A stretch of 64,000 bases of DNA from contig CM022669.1 of NCBI GenBank assembly GCA_012295275.1, forward strand, positions 3,844,001 to 3,908,000, given 5' to 3'. Position numbers and translations under genes: made by a program. Of this stretch, positions 13,919-30,289 are shown in pieces; the first letter of the stretch is position 1; the number at the start of each line of letters is the position of its first letter. Source of the DNA: Chrysomallon squamiferum. Its lineage: Eukaryota > Animalia > Mollusca. A model generated the notes under the pieces. That model did no database searches. It saw only the letters and a list, made by a program, of their open reading frames with translations, and was not told the origin of the DNA.

Positions 13919-14032
13919 ATATACAAAACTAATTCCTATTGGCCAGAGCCGTCACTTCAAAATACAACTGCGTTTCTCATTGGTCAGAGATGTCTCGTCA
14001 AAATACAACAAACTTTCTCATTGGTCAGAAAC
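13919..14032 (-). promoter_or_regulatory. Three CCAAT boxes at 41-bp spacing upstream of gene A
   Basis: ATTGG at 13938, 13979 and 14020 within a degenerate 41-bp repeat (tattggccaga / cattggtcaga / cattggtcaga), ~1.4 kb 5' of the gene A ATG. Confidence 0.45.
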
Positions 14033-14477
14033 GTGTTTTTCATCGATATACAAGAGTTCTGCTCGCCAGGCAGACTGTCGCCTGCGTGGAATAAAGAAGT
14101 GAAACCTTTCTAGCTTTGGGTCAATACGATTAACCCCGTCTGCTGTTAGATTTACTACAGAATAATTAAAGATTCAGAAAAGTAGCATTCGGATGCAAAA
14201 CATCTGTCTTATTGAGTTGTCTATTCAATTATCAGATTGTCCAAAAGTTAATGCATTTTTTTTCTATTTTGGTTTTTAGGTTATGTGAATATTTGTATGT
14301 TTGTATATGAATGTATGTGTCTCTGTGTGTATGTTTGTAAGTAACAATGCATTCATTATATATATATATGTAGACTACATGTTAATGGGGTTTTTTTGTT
14401 TTTATTTCTAGTTTGTTGGTTGTGTGGTTTTATAGATGTATATGTATGTGTGTTTATTTAAGTATGCTTGTTTGTGT

Positions 14478-14595
<118 letters not shown>

Positions 14596-15249
14596 TAGTG
14601 AAAACTGCCTAAATGATATACCTATTCATTAACGTTAGAAGTCTTAGCTCGTTCTAAAACTAATGAGAAGTATTCCAGATAGAATAATGCATATCAGGTT
14701 TAGAAGCCACGAAACTGCACAAAATCATCTAGTTATTTTGAAGTGAATGGGAAACAAAACTATTTTAGTTTTTTGTAATTTGAACTCGGGTTAGATTACT
14801 GATATCACTGATCTCACCACTGCACCTTGTCTACATAGATACAGAGTCTAATAACGCTACATGTGGTACAGACCACAAGTAAAAGAAAAAGTGCTGGGGT
14901 CTAAAGAAAGGGATACAATTATGTTTGTTCGTCAACAGATTCTTCATCTACTAAATATGACCTTAAAAGGTGGCTTTTTTATATTATTTTTATATTTATA
15001 TGTACTATTTAGTTTGACGAAAGTATGATCTGATTAAGATATATTTCAGCTTGAACAGACGACTTTTTTATATTAAAAAAAGTATTAATTTTTCAAACAC
15101 ACATAAATATATTTGTTTTCAATATAACTCGTACGAATTTGCACACACATGTATAAGGAAACTATCTGACAAAGCAAACTTCATATTTTTATATGATATT
15201 TTACATTAAAGCTTATTCTAATCAAAAAATTGTAAGGCTCAACTGACAT

Positions 15250-15284
<35 letters not shown>

Positions 15285-16248
15285 CCATCATAACTTCTCC
15301 TGATATTACGATATTGCAGAAATAAACCTTATGACTCTCGTACGGTAGCACATTAACAAGACTTGTCGAATTACAAAACATTGTCATCCCAGTCACAAGC
15401 GAGAGTTTATTTGTCTCTTCGAATAATGAGTATTGTGCAGAATTGTTGATTAGCACAATAAACAAGCACTTCATCAACTCGCCTGTCCCCTATGACCATC
15501 ATCATAAACACTCGCGTTTTCTTGTCGCAGTTTCGCTTCTTGTCTCGTTCTCGAGCAATGAAGCCAGGCGAGAAATTGCTCGACACGTTGCCGTCACTCG
15601 ACTGCTGGTCGCTCGCTGTGTCACTAACGATAATAAAGTATTAGTCTGTGGTGTAAATCTAAGCAGAACTCCGGGGCTGTTTGGGTTTATTCACATGGAA
15701 ATTCTATGCAACGACTGCTTGTCTAATCTTCCTCAGAAAAGCACTGGAATAAAGTGACGAAAAAAAAAAAAAAAAAATAAATAAAGAAATCAGTTTGGTA
15801 GGGATCGACATTAATTTTATACGTGAACAAGATTTTTCTTTCGCATGAAATTTATGTCTCGTGCGAAATAATTATCTCGAGGCGGGACCTTTGACGGGTT
15901 AAAAATGAAAATGATTTCTCGACGAATGCTGTTATAATTGTGTGCTGTACACGGAAAGAAGAATAATGGTGTGTGGCAGTGTTTGGGTTTTACAGAGTTT
16001 ATTTATTATTGTTAGTAATACGTTCCTTAAATATTTCTTTCTTTACGAGTGCTTACTTTATCTGAGAGAAAAATAAATAAATGAACAGATGGATGAATTG
16101 CTAAATGAATGAATGAACGAATGAATGAATAAATAAATAATAAAATTATTAAATTAATTAATTCATTTAATTAAGTTATATTAATTACATTATTATTGGT
16201 ATTATTATTAGTAGTAGTAGCAGTAGTGGTAGTAACAGTAATAGTAAC

Positions 16249-16297
<49 letters not shown>

Positions 16298-16607
16298 AAA
16301 ATATTATCCTATATTGTTAAAATTTATTCTCAAACCTTTCAATTAAGAATTTAATTATAAATCTCTTAATGGTTATAAAATTATTCTAATAAATTTGTCT
16401 ATTTCCCTTTCCTGTCTGTGCTCCACATGTATGTTATCAGCCCCAGTAGAATAGTCGTATTTTAAAAACACTCTATTCTCTCGTATTATCAGCAGATAAG
16501 AAAATGTACAAAAGAAAACTAATAATCATAAATGTTAAAATAAATGAGAAACTGTTGAACTTGTGTTATATAATTCTGTCAGGTACTGAAGTATTTATTA
16601 AAAAAAA

Positions 16608-16657
<50 letters not shown>

Positions 16658-17002
16658 AAGAAAGTAAAAATTAAAAATTAACAACAAATAAAAAATTAGA
16701 GAGAGAGAGAGTTCTTTGCATTTTAATAATGTTTGACATTAATCAGAAAATTAAATGATATAAGACAGATGAGCTATGACAATATAATTAAGGTTAATAA
16801 AAATGAAAAAAAAATCCACTTTATGACGTTATTAGATAATTCCAAGTAAAAATGAATATTTAAATATAAATTTGGACGCGTATGAAGTAATTTTGGATTT
16901 TCTTTTTCTTCCTTTTTTTTTCTCTTTTCCTTTTCTTCCTTTTTTCCTTTTCTATTTATTTTTTAAAAATTATTTCATTTTTTTTTTTTTTTTTATGTGG
17001 AT

Positions 17003-19025
<2,023 letters not shown>

Positions 19026-20048
19026 TATTATTATTGTTATTATGTAAATACTGTTGTTGCTGCTGCTGTTGTTGAAGCAGTAGTTACAAGCGTTCTTACT
19101 GCTGCACACATCGCCGTTTACAACTACGTGACAATCTATTTAAATTACGAAAAATGATTTAGTTTACATTTGCTTCTTTATTTCAGACTTTTATTTTGTT
19201 AATGAATTATTAACAATTTAAAACTTCACACTATTTAAAGTAATGTAGATAAACTTTATTAATTTATGACGCGGTTTTATCTGGAGATTAGGTAAAAGTA
19301 ACATCAGCGTGATTCACTCACATCAGTGCAAGTCACATTTATTTTACTACAGATGAGGTAAACCATCGTATTTCACTGCTTACAGTTCTCTTCTCAGGGA
19401 CCATAGCTCGCAGGAGTAATCCTAATTAGAATGTGGGGCGATTTCTCGTTCCAACCACTGTCTTAAAACTTACTTACTATTAAACACACTTGTTTATGCT
19501 TTTCTTTGCATGAAAATGGTTCAGTGAAAAAATAGCTTGCTATTTATCGATTCGACTTACTAACGTATCATTTTATTATTATTATCATCATCATCATTAT
19601 CATCATCATCATCATCATCATTCTTCTTCTGCTTCTTCTTCTTCTAATACTACTTATTATTATCAGGATTTCTTTTCTTCTTTTTTCTTTCTTGTTAATT
19701 GTGAAATATGGGTAGGTTCGTTAGGATATTGTCAGTATTGCTATTAGCGTCGACTTCATAAAAAAAGTTTAATTTATGCAAGTGATGTAGACTCAATAAC
19801 TGATATTTTGTAGACTCAGTAACTGAAGTAATGACAGTCTCAGCTTACAGCGAGCTGGCAGTCGCTCGGTTAAAGAAAACTTTTTATTTCTCAACGTCTT
19901 GGCATCATCGTGTGAAAATGGGTTTTGTTTTGTTTGTTTGTTGTTTGTTTTGTTTTTTGTTTTTTGTGTTTTGTGTTGTTGTTTTTTCTTGTTTTACCTA
20001 GAAACACCGACTAAGTTAAATTCTAAAATAGTATTATTATTATTACAA

Positions 20049-20082
<34 letters not shown>

Positions 20083-21087
20083 GTGTATGTATGTATGTAT
20101 GTATGTATGTATGTATGTATGTATGTATGTATGTATGTATATATGCATGTCTATGTCTATGTATATGTATATGTGTATGTGTGTATATATATATACACAC
20201 ACATATACAAAAACATTTTTCTTTAAAATTAAACAGCTCAAATCTATATATGTATATGAAACAAGCAAAAACAATAAAATATATAAATAAATAAATAACA
20301 GATAAATAAATAGATAAACAAACAAGAACACAAAAACAAAACAAACAAAAACGAAATTCAACAAACAAACAAACGTATAAATAAAATACTAAATAAATAA
20401 ATAAAAAGTTAAATAAATAAAATAAAACAACCGCTTTGATAAATAGCAGCCCAAAAGATAATGTTATCTTTGTAAGTCACGTCATTTCATTGATTCTCTG
20501 TCAGCTATATATATGTAAACAGTAACTTTATCCGTAATATGATTTCACTTACGTTATGTCTGAGTTAATTAACAAACAGTAAAAACTCTAGCATGGTTTT
20601 ATGTTTACAGAGATATATGTGATTTTATAATGTTTCCATCAGGGAACTTTTCCGTTGTGTCTAGAGCAAGATCAAATTTTGACTTGGCCAGATTTCTGTC
20701 GACAACAGGTAAAATCTGATGTGTTTATATTATTATTAAATTTTCTTCACAATGCATACTAATTACTAAGGTTAGAAACTTATTTCTGTGGTGAAATATG
20801 CTTAGGTTCGTTAGATCAAGAATTAATTCAATGTTCGCTAATTGGAAATCGGGTATGCTAACAACAGGAACAATAAAACTTGAATCGTACTTATTGTAAC
20901 TTAGCACAGTAATTGTAATATCAGTTTGAAAGGAGTGTTAAACAATGATGCTGTTTACTTGTAAGTATATCTATTAACCTGTCAGTGTGGATTTTTCACT
21001 ACGTTTAACAAATTACGTCATCTGATAGCAAAACAATGCGATGACGTCATGACAATTAAACCAACAAGTAAAGGAACACGAAGTCAG

Positions 21088-21205
21088 AACACGGATATTA
21101 AAAGATTACAGGTAATAATATTATTATTAGTAATAGTAGTAGTAGTAGTAGTAAAAGTAATAATAGTAGCAGTAATGGTGATGGTGATAGTGATAGTTCT
21201 AGCTG

Positions 21206-21267
<62 letters not shown>

Positions 21268-21617
21268 GTTGTTAGATTAATGACATATAACATCTGTTTG
21301 TAAGACAAATTAAACGATAAAACAAAAATAAAGAAATAAATGGTATTCACAAGTAAATTCATATTGCATCATTAGCCTTCTGATTGAAGTTCCATGTATG
21401 ACAGAAATAATGCAACTGATATTTCCTTTCTTAACCTTTAAAAAGAAAATAATAGCCTCGTCTTGTTGTTTTCATCTTGGTAGAATATGGCTTTTCTTTC
21501 TTGTTATTTTTTTTTTATTATTATTCATTTCTTTCTTTTCAAGTTTATTTTTTTATGTCTAAAACCCCATGTGAATAGAAACTAAAATAAGATGCACTTA
21601 TTAATTTATTATTATTA

Positions 21618-21663
<46 letters not shown>

Positions 21664-22411
21664 TTATTATTATTATTCCTTCCTTAGTCTTTCAAAATTC
21701 TATAAAAAATAATAATAATAAAAAAGGACCAGCAGTGATAGTTAAAACACGCTATCTAATAGAGGGTAAACTTCGCTGAAGAGACGCACGTGCAGTCTGT
21801 GCTCGAATCTTACTAAAACACGACTAATCCAAGAAATCCGTGAATTTGCGCTTTTTCGTAAGTAAAGGAATTTAAGACATTTTTTTCTTGTCTTTGGACA
21901 CAGTTCCGCTGTCTACCATTGTATCATAAAATTATGTTCATTATGGATCATCTATGCAGTTGACACGTGGGCTTCGTGAAATTTTCGACATCAGTTTAAC
22001 TTCTGGAAAAGACTGAAGACTTTGAAACGGTTCTGTGAAAAATACACGGATCTTAGTTTGGCTTTCGGATCAGCTATTTCGAAATCGTGTGACGGGTAAC
22101 GTGTGTATCGGACTGACTAACGTAATATGGCGGTGTACGAGTTTGTTGTCAACTTTCTGACAGTGACTCTGATTACGTACGAGATGTATTCAGTGTCAGC
22201 AAGGATGGAACCAGCAGCTAAAAAACTTCACTTTGACCTGATGAAAAAGAAAAACTATAACCCGCTCATTAAACCCGCTGGACGTCCGACCGGCGGTCCG
22301 GCTTCTCTCTTAACTGTGCGAATAGGAATGAGACTTTCGCAAATCCTAGACGTGGTAAGTAGCATTACTTATATACTTTGTTTACTATTACTGTTACTAT
22401 TACTATTATTA

Positions 22412-22465
<54 letters not shown>

Positions 22466-22470
22466 GTGTT
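21088..22470 (+). repeat. Segmental duplication copy 2 (upstream region + exon 1b of gene B)
   Basis: Homologous to 17003-19025 but lacks the ~395-bp block 17857-18252 and a ~30-bp block near 18488-18518. Confidence 0.9.
22127..22354 (+). CDS. nAChR gene B exon 1b (duplicate first exon)
   Basis: MAVYEFVVNFLTVTLITYEMYSVSAR-MEPAAKK...SQILDV|gtaagt; ATG, frame and donor are intact. Confidence 0.85.
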
Positions 22471-22811
22471 ACAAGTGCAATTAGTATGATTATTATTACT
22501 GTTGTTTCTGCTGCTGCAACTTCTGCTACTACTACTCCACCACTACTACTACTACAATTACTGCTACTGCTTTTATTATTATTATTATTATTACTATTAT
22601 TATTATTATTGTTGTTGTCGTTTGTATTAACTGTCTTAAACTGTATCCAAATAATAGTAGTAACAGTTATAGCAGAGGTAAGTGAATTAATTATAAACTA
22701 GTGATAACACTAGTAATAATAACATAAGCACAACTAGTACCCGCATTAGCGGTAGTAGCAGTAACAATAGCAAAAATGTTAGAAGTAGTAGTAACAGTAG
22801 TAATATTAGCT

Positions 22812-22845
<34 letters not shown>

Positions 22846-23851
22846 CATAGTTTTAATTGTATTAGTAACAGTAGCAAAAGTAGTAACAATAGTAGTAGTA
22901 GCAATGGTTATTTTAGTATTAGTAGCAGTTATTCTTCTAGTAGGAGTCATAGTAATAGATATAGTTATAATAGTAATCGTAATAGTAGTTATAGTACATA
23001 AGTAGCACTTTAAGAACAACTTTTAATTGTTTTAGAACATATTATAATTGATGTGTTTGTGTATGTGCGTTTACATCTGTGTGCATGAGCATATGTGTAA
23101 ATATCAGCAGCGTATATTATATATTTGTGTATACATGTTATATGTGTATATCGACTCGAAATGTATGTCGAAGAAAGAAAAAAAAAAGAGATCGTTATTA
23201 AGTCCTCTAAATTAGAAATATACGCTTGAACAGTTTCAATGTTAGCATGAAAATCAGTTTGACAGTATCTGCATAATACGTCTATCACAGAAACTTGAAG
23301 GATAAAGACAGAAACAACATGACGTCATCGAAAAAAAACAAGAAACCCATACAGCAACCAAATACTAGTATAGCAATTCTATTTGTATTATATTTTTTTA
23401 TTTTTTTTTATTATTTTTTATTTTAACTAAATTATAAAATAAAATAAAGAGTATTAATAATAATCAACAAAATAAAATAAAATAAAATTATATATATATA
23501 AATACAGACAGAGAGAGAGAGAGATAAAAGGATGATAAACAAGATACGTCTATTACGATTATTTCCATTACTACTACTACTATTACTACTATTATTATAA
23601 TTGCTACTAATACTACTGTTACTATTATTACTACTACTACTACTACTATTACCACAGCAACTATTATCACCCTTACCTCTAGTATTACTACTTCTGTTCC
23701 TCCTACTAATATTACAATTACTAATAATACCACTACTATTACTACAACATCAATTACCATTTATCTGTATGGAAAAAAATCTGGCTATTACAGTGGAAAA
23801 TGGCAAAACCGGTCCATGACTATTCCGGTATGCAGACATTACGTTGAACTA

Positions 23852-24172
23852 CAGGTACCGGACCATTTATCCGGACTCCTTGGGGCCTGAGATATTCCGG
23901 ATTTCTGGATTTTCCGGTTTTCTGGTACCAAGGCATATAAATACGTAAATGATCTGGCATAAACATTTTAAAATTAAAAACATAAAGAAAATTAACGATA
24001 CACAGCTGTGGCGACTCGACACGTAAACAATGCGGCGAGTGAATGAACGCCACGCGGCTTGAAAGAGTAGTTCCGGTCTGGTGAGGACAACAACCGCGCG
24101 CGCGAACTATGAAAATAGCGTCGGGAAAAAACTTCCGGTTTTCTGGTCGCCGGATAATTGGTCCGGTACCTG
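23852..24172. mobile_element. MITE, Tc1/mariner superfamily (pogo/Tigger-like), 321 bp
   Basis: TA|CAGGTACCGGACCATTTATCCGG ... CCGGATAATTGGTCCGGTACCTG|TA: 23-bp TIR with 1 mismatch, TA TSD, internal ttccggttttctgg repeats. Confidence 0.9.
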
Positions 24173-25195
24173 TAATTATATTTACATTTCTTTAATTTAA
24201 AAAAAAAAAAACAAAAAAAAAAATGAAGAAGTAAAAAGCGAATTAAATAAACTAATAAATAATGAGTAAATATGTCAATAAATGAATGAATGAATGAATG
24301 AATGAATAAAAAATAACCATCAAATAATTTTACATATATTTCCCATGGACATAATTATGTGGTATGCTCTATCTCTAATTTACTAATACATGCATGTCAA
24401 TAAACGCAGTATAAGTCAGTGTTGGTTGTTCTTTCTTTTGTTGTGTGTATCAGAGAAATAAACAAACAAACAAACAAATGAATATATATATATATATATA
24501 TATTGTCATCCTAATATTGTTGTTTATGGTTTCTTTTGTTTTAGAGTCAGAAAGAGTCTCCTGTTGTCGTTTGTTTCATATATATATATATATATATATA
24601 CCTCAACAACAACAACAATAATAATATAGTAATTGCATGATAGATGTAGTAGTAGTAGTAGTTGTTGTAATCTTACAGCAGTAGTAGTAGTAGTAATAAT
24701 AAAAATAATAGTAATAATAATGGTAGCAGTGGTAGTAGTAGTAGTAGTAGTAAGAGTAGTAGTAGTAGTAGCAGTAGCAGCAGCAGTAGTTGGCGTATTA
24801 CTAGTGTGTTATATATGTTACTGTATAAGTGGTAATAGCAATAACAACATTAATATGTATTATCGTTCAGTTAAGCCATTTTATTTCAATTATCTATGGA
24901 ACATTTTAAAAAACCAGAATATAGCTTTTAACTAATATTATTATTTAAAAAAGAAGCATTAATTTAACTTTTAGCTTTTAGCTTTACTGTTACAGATGTG
25001 ACATCAAAACTATCACTTGTCATGCGTTTGATAGATGCGGTTCACTTAAAACAGTATTACGTATTCATTTCCGTTCAGACTGAATGACAGGTCCTCTAAT
25101 CGACTAACATACTAACCTTATAATCTCTCTGACAGGCAGCCCAGATGGCATGACTCCATGAAAAATCATGGTGCTGTTCAATATGAACAAAATTG

Positions 25196-25258
<63 letters not shown>
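25196..25258 (+). repeat. Poly(A) run of ~63 nt
   Basis: Visible directly. Confidence 0.9.
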
Positions 25259-25259
<1 letters not shown>

Positions 25260-25576
25260 GTTTGACATGATTAAGATTAACTAAGAAAAATAAGCTGATT
25301 TTATTTCATTAATAAATATTTATCAAATCCGTATTTTAAAAGATATCTAAACAGTCACATAACCCTGAATAAATTAAACATATTACTACTACTACTACTA
25401 CTCCTAATTATTATTATACTAAGCTGAATGTAATAAAAATACAATAAGTTCATTTTGAAAAGAACACAATTTTTAATTATTTCTGTCCATGTTTTATAAC
25501 TGAAAAATTTAATTTACTTCAGACACTGTTATGACAAACAGAAAGGAGAAAAAATAGTTTTTGTTTCGATTTCATT

Positions 25577-25621
<45 letters not shown>

Positions 25622-27514
25622 TTGATAGTGATTATAATCAAAATAATAATAACTGTAACAACAGCAACAGCAGTAGCAGCAACAACTACAACAACAACAA
25701 TAATAATATCCATAACAACGACAACGACAACAGCAATAAAAGCAAGCATATCTCGTTGCCAGTTTTTACAATCGAGACTTTATGATTAATTTTATGCAGT
25801 TTTCTACATTCACATCAAACAAGCTGTTACAAACGTGAAAATTATCGCTTAGTATTAAAATATACTTCAAACACTTGTTATTATTACAAATATCAATTAC
25901 ACATAGAAAATCAACTCTCCGTCTGCGTGCCAATAATTAAATATTGAATTTTTTTTTTTTTTTTAATTATTATTAATATTAACATACAAAAATACCGGGA
26001 ATACTTTTAAATGCAGATCCGGAAGCGCATAACGTTCTTTCTACAAAACCACTTTGAAACGAGAAACTTTATTGAATTTATAAGCACTTAATTTGCGTCA
26101 GTGATTCACTTTAATTACCTCCATTATGAAACTGGAGCATGGTTGTAAAAGGCGAGATGAATTAAATCTTTTTATTCATTCCTGTGCGGTGTTTTTGTGA
26201 GAAATATTTCTTCGATGAGAAGAAGACGTCTCGGGGAAGCTTCACAGACCGCTCTTTCTCCGAAAGTCAGCCGAAACCATGCAACACGTGCTGCTGATTA
26301 TATATCATTATAGATGTTTTGTCGTGCTATCGATTCCAGTGTAATGAGTCAGCTGGCTGGGCTATCAATCGAATTCACTTGCAATTGACATTATCGATCT
26401 GCTCATCATCATCATCTTCGCACCCCTCACACCTGAATTGCAGTTGTCCAGCCGCTGATTGTTCCTTCAGAAAGTGTATGGCATTAATCTGATCAAAAAT
26501 GATTCGTTGGACTCAAATAATTATAATAGATTTTCTGACTGTTCTTCGGTAAATTAAGATGAAGTGACTGTTGTAACCAGCTGACGTATGTTTAGAATTA
26601 TTTCGTCTCGACTACAGTTCAGTGAACGAATCTGAAGTGGATTCTGCAACTAGTTAACGTACAAGTAAAATTACAGTTTTTCGCCTTAGTCCTGTTTCAG
26701 TAAATGAAGCTTAAGTACAAGGCGTAAACCCACCTGTGTATAATTAAAACTACTTTTCCCAAGTTATCCGTTGTTCAGTTGTGTGTGTTTGTTTACGTGT
26801 GTGTGTGTGTTGTGTGTATGTGTTTGTGTGTGTCTGTTTGTGTGTGTAAAGTTTCTATATTCAAGCTATTAAACACAATTATTTCTTTATTTCATCAATA
26901 ACAAATTTTATTAAGGATACTTAATAGTTCCTACTGTATTCTAATTAAGAAATTTAAAAATACCTCGATTTCTTTGTTAGAAACTTTTATTCGACTTCTT
27001 TTCTTTGTATTATTACTAGAAGTATAATTAATTTTCCTCTTTTCTTTTCTAGTTTTTTAAAACTTTGCATTTATTCTGATTTTATTTTAATATGTTTTTC
27101 TTCTTCTTTTCGTAAGAAGGGGTTAGGTTGATTTTTAAGCTCATTTCCTGGTATTTGTTGAGTTAACCTATTCACGTAATGGGCTCCGTGTATCAAGTTA
27201 TGATCAATATTTCGTGTAGAATAAATTATTACTCACAACGAAAGTATTAGCAAACCAGTCCAGGGACAGACCCAGAAGTCCTGTAAAAGAGGGGTCTGCA
27301 GGTAAGAATAAAATAAAACAAAACAAAATAAAGTATATATATTTATATAAAGTGTTGAACTGGTGTGTACCTACCATTAAGGCTTACGCACAAGGAATCT
27401 TTGTTAATATTAATCTGATAATTTTTTTAAAATAATTGTTTGTAGTTTGTTTCTTCTTCTTCTTCTTCTTCTTCTTCTTCTTCTTCTTCTTCTTCTTCTT
27501 TTTCTTCTTCTTAC

Positions 27515-27560
<46 letters not shown>

Positions 27561-28340
27561 GTTGTTACTTTTACCACCACTACTACTACAGTTATTACTA
27601 TTGCTACTACTGCTATCACTACTACTCTTGCGATCTGTAGCCCTATCATCACACTGTCATCATCTTCATGTTTATCATCATCGTCGTCATCATCCATATG
27701 ATTCCTTTGACCATTTTTAAGGAAAAATCCAGCGACGTTTTTCCCTGCACTAGATGACGTTGATATTAATTTGGTCCGTTTTCACTTTGGTATTTAGCTT
27801 GCAATTCGCACATCGACTGACTCTCGACCTCAACCGCCCTTCCATTCCTCTGTGTGATCTGTGGCTTACGTGGCTTGTTATTCCTGATTGGGGTTGCCTC
27901 ATCCACTTACAGATCTAAGCCGTAGTTCAGTCATTCTTAATTACTTCAGCAGTGTGACTTATACAGCCTTATTTCCTCTGAGACCAACGTTTTCCTTCTT
28001 TCAGGCATCTGTTCTTCTTTTAATCTTTTATTTCTTCTTTTTCTACTTCTTACGTTCTTCATTTCTTCATTTCCAAGGTCTACCTATTAACTTGCTTTAT
28101 TTTTTTTTCTTTTTGTTCTTGTTTGTTTCTTTTTTTTTTTCTTTGTTTCTTTCTTTCTTTCTTTTTTTTTTTTTTTTACTTATTTAATTTTAATTTCTTT
28201 ATTTATTTATTTCTTTCATACTTACTTATTTTATTTTCCCATGTTTAAGTCATACTTCCTCTTTTGTATTCTTTCTTCCTACATATTTGTTTCACATAGT
28301 CTGTTCGTCACTTATCCCTCTCTATCTCACACACACACAG

Positions 28341-28383
<43 letters not shown>

Positions 28384-30289
28384 GACTTACACACGTACAT
28401 TCTCTTGCTTCGATTCTTAAAACATTTCTGCCTAACAAAACAAACGCGTGTCAAATCAAATATGCTTTCAGAAACCTGTATTAACATTTCTCGTTATAAG
28501 GTCAATGTAAACCTCATAATTTTATTAATAAGAAAACAAATTTAACTAACCACCGGAGAAGATAAAAAATTAAAAAAAAAAATATGTATATATGTGGCCT
28601 AGGAACATTTCAACATATGCGCCGTCTCAGAGCTTGACTTGATAAAAGAATTTAGACGAGGAATGACGCAGAAATCGAATAACGTCTTGAGCAGGCATTT
28701 GGCCGAACATGGACGTTCCGAGGAAACAGAATTGGTCTTGTTTGTTCGACAGCGAAATCCGTGCTAAACCATGCAATTAGTGTCAGCACTGAGTTAGTTT
28801 TGCGTCTCTTTTCCCTCTAATCAAACGAGCGACTGTCTCCATTATTTGATTACACGCTGGAATTCTTTGCAAACACAAGTCCCATGTATTGTGTAATAGT
28901 GATCGATGTCAGTCATTATTGGATGCTGGAAAAGGTTATGTGTGCGTCCTCTCCTACAATGGTCAGTCTCTCTGTTAGTATAATTCATAAGTTACTCTTG
29001 ACAATGTTGATTAAGGTGAAGATGGAGACGAAGAAGAAGAAGAAGAAGAAGAAGAAGATGAAGCAGAAGAAGAAATAGATGAAGACACATTTCAGATGAT
29101 GATAATGACAACGATGACGAAAAAGATGAAGCAATTAAATACGAAATAACAAAAAATAACACAGATGAAAATAATAATAAATGATGATGATGATGACTAT
29201 GATGTATATTATGATGATGAAATAAAGTACTAGTATCAAAAACATAAAAGTGATGGTATCATGACAACATGTGGAACATAATGATCTGATAAAAGTGATA
29301 ATGTATTTGCATTACGACCAAAAAAGTTTAGAAACAAGAAAAAAACACAAAAAAAACCCACATAGAAACAAACCCGGATACAATCAATATCTGCATCTGA
29401 ACACAGATTTACTGACGTGGATAAATAACAGCCATTAAGTAGATATATCAACACTGTTCTACAGATTGTCAATTGTACTTTAAACGTGTTTGTGTTTTCA
29501 CAGCTGTAGTAACGGGTCTCTAATTGGCCCGCACATGGCGTTTTCGTTTATTTTGGCAAGGAGCATGTGTTTAACATAATATTTTTATCACTAACGTTTG
29601 CCACTGCTGAAACGGACTGGAAAAAAAAAATGATAACGAAACACTGTTACAATAATATAGTTAAGTTTGCTACAGAGTGATGGTCTGGTTATAGTTCTGT
29701 ATTTAGAGCGACAATGCGCATGATCAAGCCTCGTTTGGAAATTTATCAATTAAATGTCGGATGATGTCTTTCTACGATAATATCCTATGTTCCTAATACA
29801 AAACCGTTGTCAGAATAATGAGATACCTGTATTCGGTGATAAAAATGAAATAAAATAAAAGTAAAAAAAGAAGAAAACAAACCTATATAACTAATGAAAT
29901 AAAAACAATATTACTTTATCTTTAAGTAGTACAGAGTAATGTTGTGAAACCTATTGGAATGAGTATATGAAAATATAAACAAAAAATATCTTTTAAATAC
30001 CGTTTTTCTTTCTCAGAGTAGTAGTAGTTGCTGTAGTAATGGTATTAATGATGATGATGATGATGATGATGATGATAATAATGATAATAATAATAAAGAA
30101 GAAGAAGAAAGATTAGAAAAGTGGACAGAGATATTTACAAAGGAGATAGTCACATAGTCACTCTTTCACACAGACAGACATACGGGTAAACAGACCATCA
30201 GATGTATGGAAGTCTAAATTGGTCTCTATTTAAAATGGTAAAATTACTGTGATTACAATATGTACGAATGGCGAAATATATTTCTGTTT

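Noticed and set aside
15551-15583. Hairpin TCGAGCAAT...ATTGCTCGA
   Set aside because: A 9-bp stem alone is expected by chance, and there is no other ncRNA evidence.
27246-27307. Possible cryptic exon ending CTGCAG|gtaaga in gene B intron 1
   Set aside because: No good acceptor and no nAChR-like translation.
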